A DNA stretch of 64,000 nucleotides from Histomonas meleagridis 2922-C6/04-290x (lineage: Eukaryota; Protista; Parabasalia). The stretch spans positions 1 to 64,000 of the forward strand of contig JAANOX010000042.1 in NCBI GenBank assembly GCA_020184695.1. The letters are read 5' to 3'. This document shows positions 61,947-64,000 of this stretch, in pieces. Within the stretch, counting starts at the first letter, position 1; every line of letters begins with the position of its first letter. The notes under the pieces are model-generated. The model saw only the letters and a list, made by a program, of their open reading frames with translations. It had not been told where the DNA came from and ran no database searches. The position numbers and the translations under genes are program-made.

Positions 61947-62375
61947 ATGTCAGAAGCACAAAAGATACAAAGTGCACCAAATATGGAAGAAGCAATCCGT
62001 GATCGTCATGTAAATGGATTCAAGAACTGGAATGGTGGGTATGAAGGATGGTTAGATTGGTGTAATACATTATACGAACCAGATGCACATTATAATGTGT
62101 ATGGCCATCGATTAACATTACAACAATATAAAGATATGATGGGACAACTTTTCCAACATTACACCATGGAACTAGGCGAATTCGATAATATGATTATTAA
62201 GGATGATTGGGCAGCAATTCGCTACAGTGTTAAGGTAAAGAATCTTGATACAAATGAAGAAATCTTACAACATACTATGGAATTTGTTAACTTTAAGCAA
62301 AACCCAGAGCCTGTAGGTGTACGCGTTGTTGAAGGCTGGGCTCTTTCCGACAGTCCTCTTTCTGCTAAACACTAA
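61947..62375 (+). CDS. SnoaL/NTF2-like fold protein
   Basis: WCNTLYEPDAHYNVYG, FDNMIIKDDWAAIRY, TMEFVNFK..RVVEGWA. Confidence 0.75.
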   Translation: MSEAQKIQSAPNMEEAIRDRHVNGFKNWNGGYEGWLDWCNTLYEPDAHYNVYGHRLTLQQYKDMMGQLFQHYTMELGEFDNMIIKDDWAAIRYSVKVKNLDTNEEILQHTMEFVNFKQNPEPVGVRVVEGWALSDSPLSAKH

Positions 62376-62508
62376 AACTTTCTTGAATAAGATTTTCGAC
62401 CGTTTATCATCAAACGTTATTGTGATTTGAATACTTTAAATGGTCGAATACTTAATTTGAATCAGTAAATGCTCAGCCAAAAAATGCCTTTATGAGATCA
62501 TTTTTTTA

Positions 62509-64000
62509 ATGTCAGCAATTGGTATTGATCTTGGTACAACTTACAGTTGTGTCGGTGTCTTCAGACACGGTCGTGTCGATATTATCGCAAATGATATGGG
62601 TAATCGTACAACCCCATCTTATGTTGCATTCACCGAAGATGAACGTCTTGTCGGTGATGCTGCTAAGAACCAAGCTGCCATGAACCCAACAAACACAGTT
62701 TTCGATGCAAAGCGTATGATTGGACGTAAATTCAGTGATCCAGTCGTTCAAAAAGATATGCAACACTGGCCATTCAAGGTTGTTCGTGGTGATGCAGATC
62801 GTCCAAGGATTCAAGTTCAATGGAAGGGTGAAACCAAACAATTCTACCCAGAAGAAATCTCAGCTATGGTTTTAGGTAAAATGAAGGAAATCGCCGAAAG
62901 CCAACTTTCCAACAAAGTTACTGATGCTGTTGTTACAGTTCCAGCCTATTTCAACGATGGTCAACGTCAAGCCACCAAAGATGCAGGTGTTATTGCCGGT
63001 CTCAATGTTCTTCGTATCATCAACGAACCAACAGCCGCTGCTATTGCCTTCGGTCTTAACGAAAAATCCGACAACGAACGTCATGTTCTTATCTTCGATC
63101 TTGGTGGTGGTACATTTGATGTTTCCCTACTTGATATCGATGGTGGTATGTTCGAAGTGCGTGCCACAGCAGGTGATACACATCTTGGTGGTGAAGATTT
63201 TGATAACCGTATGGTTAATTACTTCGCAGATCGTTTCCAAAAGAAGTTCAAATGCGACTTAAGACAATCGCCACGTGCACTCCGTACATTACGAACAGCA
63301 TGCGAACGTGCTAAGCGAACATTATCCACAGCCACATCCGCATCAATTGTCTGCGATTCATTATATGAAGGCCATGATTTCATGGATAACATCTCACGTG
63401 CTATGTTCGAGAACTTAAATGATGAACTTTTCAGATCAACAATGAATCCAGTCGCACAAGTTTTAAGGGATGCAAACATGTCAAAGTCCGATGTCACTGA
63501 TATTGTTCTTGTTGGTGGTTCATCACGTATTCCACGTGTTCAACAATTGTTACAAGACTTCTTCAATGGTAAGCAGCCATGCCGTGGTGTTGATCCGGAT
63601 GAAGCAGTTGCATATGGTGCAGCAGTACAAGCAGCAATTATCAAAGGTGATACACACGAAGAAATCAAAGATATCTTATTGTTAGATGTTGCTCCACTTT
63701 CATTAGGTATCGAAACAGCAGGTGAAATTATGACAGTGCTGATTCCACGTAACACAACAATCCCATGCAAGAAGTCAAATGTCTTCACAACATTCTCCGA
63801 TAACCAGCCTGCAGTTACAATCAAAGTATACGAAGGAGAACGTTCACGAACACGCGACAACAACTTACTTGGTACATTCGATTTAACGGGTATTCCGCCA
63901 GCACCACGCGGCGTTCCACAGATTGAAGTTACATTCGATGTTAATGCCGATGGTATTATGAATGTTTCGGCACAAGATAAGTCAACAGGTAACGTGAAGA
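62509..64000 (+). CDS. HSP70: Cytosolic Hsp70, partial (runs off the window end)
   Basis: [77 protein letters not shown]. Absent from the track because there is no stop inside the window. Confidence 0.98.
   Translation, partial: MSAIGIDLGTTYSCVGVFRHGRVDIIANDMGNRTTPSYVAFTEDERLVGDAAKNQAAMNPTNTVFDAKRMIGRKFSDPVVQKDMQHWPFKVVRGDADRPRIQVQWKGETKQFYPEEISAMVLGKMKEIAESQLSNKVTDAVVTVPAYFNDGQRQATKDAGVIAGLNVLRIINEPTAAAIAFGLNEKSDNERHVLIFDLGGGTFDVSLLDIDGGMFEVRATAGDTHLGGEDFDNRMVNYFADRFQKKFKCDLRQSPRALRTLRTACERAKRTLSTATSASIVCDSLYEGHDFMDNISRAMFENLNDELFRSTMNPVAQVLRDANMSKSDVTDIVLVGGSSRIPRVQQLLQDFFNGKQPCRGVDPDEAVAYGAAVQAAIIKGDTHEEIKDILLLDVAPLSLGIETAGEIMTVLIPRNTTIPCKKSNVFTTFSDNQPAVTIKVYEGERSRTRDNNLLGTFDLTGIPPAPRGVPQIEVTFDVNADGIMNVSAQDKSTGNVK

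Noticed and set aside
62512-63863. Minus-strand ORFs over HSP70, and similar antisense ORFs over the saposin, BspA, RhoGAP and subtilisin genes
   Set aside because: Shadows of codon bias on the opposite strand of real genes.

Overview
AT-rich eukaryotic genomic DNA from a parabasalid protist (Trichomonas/Tritrichomonas/Histomonas type). The assignment rests on TCAY(T/A) initiator elements before many ATGs, M3/M5-type promoters on ribosomal-protein genes, a BspA surface protein, a DUF3447/ankyrin remnant and a GTATGT...ACTAACACATAG intron. The window holds about 33 tightly packed protein genes. Housekeeping genes: RPS10, RPL12, Ubl-S27a, RPB10, CDC7, a CDK, RSP3 and a partial HSP70. Trafficking and signalling genes: RhoGAP, TBC, DENN, IST1 and BAR-SH3. 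Surface or secreted proteins: two subtilisins, BspA and a 4-domain saposin polyprotein. There are also two tRNA-Ala genes and two candidate bacterial gene transfers. A roughly 4.3-kb decayed Mutator-type element at 32.6-36.9 kb has nested inverted repeats and two tandem arrays. Main items the ORF track misses: (1) a 63-nt hairpin-containing spliceosomal intron that joins two ORFs into one TBC gene; (2) the composite MULE architecture; (3) a cationic saposin polyprotein with a repeated pro-motif and acidic spacers; (4) very divergent THOC1-, Rogdi- and integrin-alpha-like candidates; (5) two genes whose N-terminal regions have no in-frame AUG; (6) a decayed PHD-like gene with mostly TGA stops. 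All family calls come from motif recognition by eye, not from database searches.
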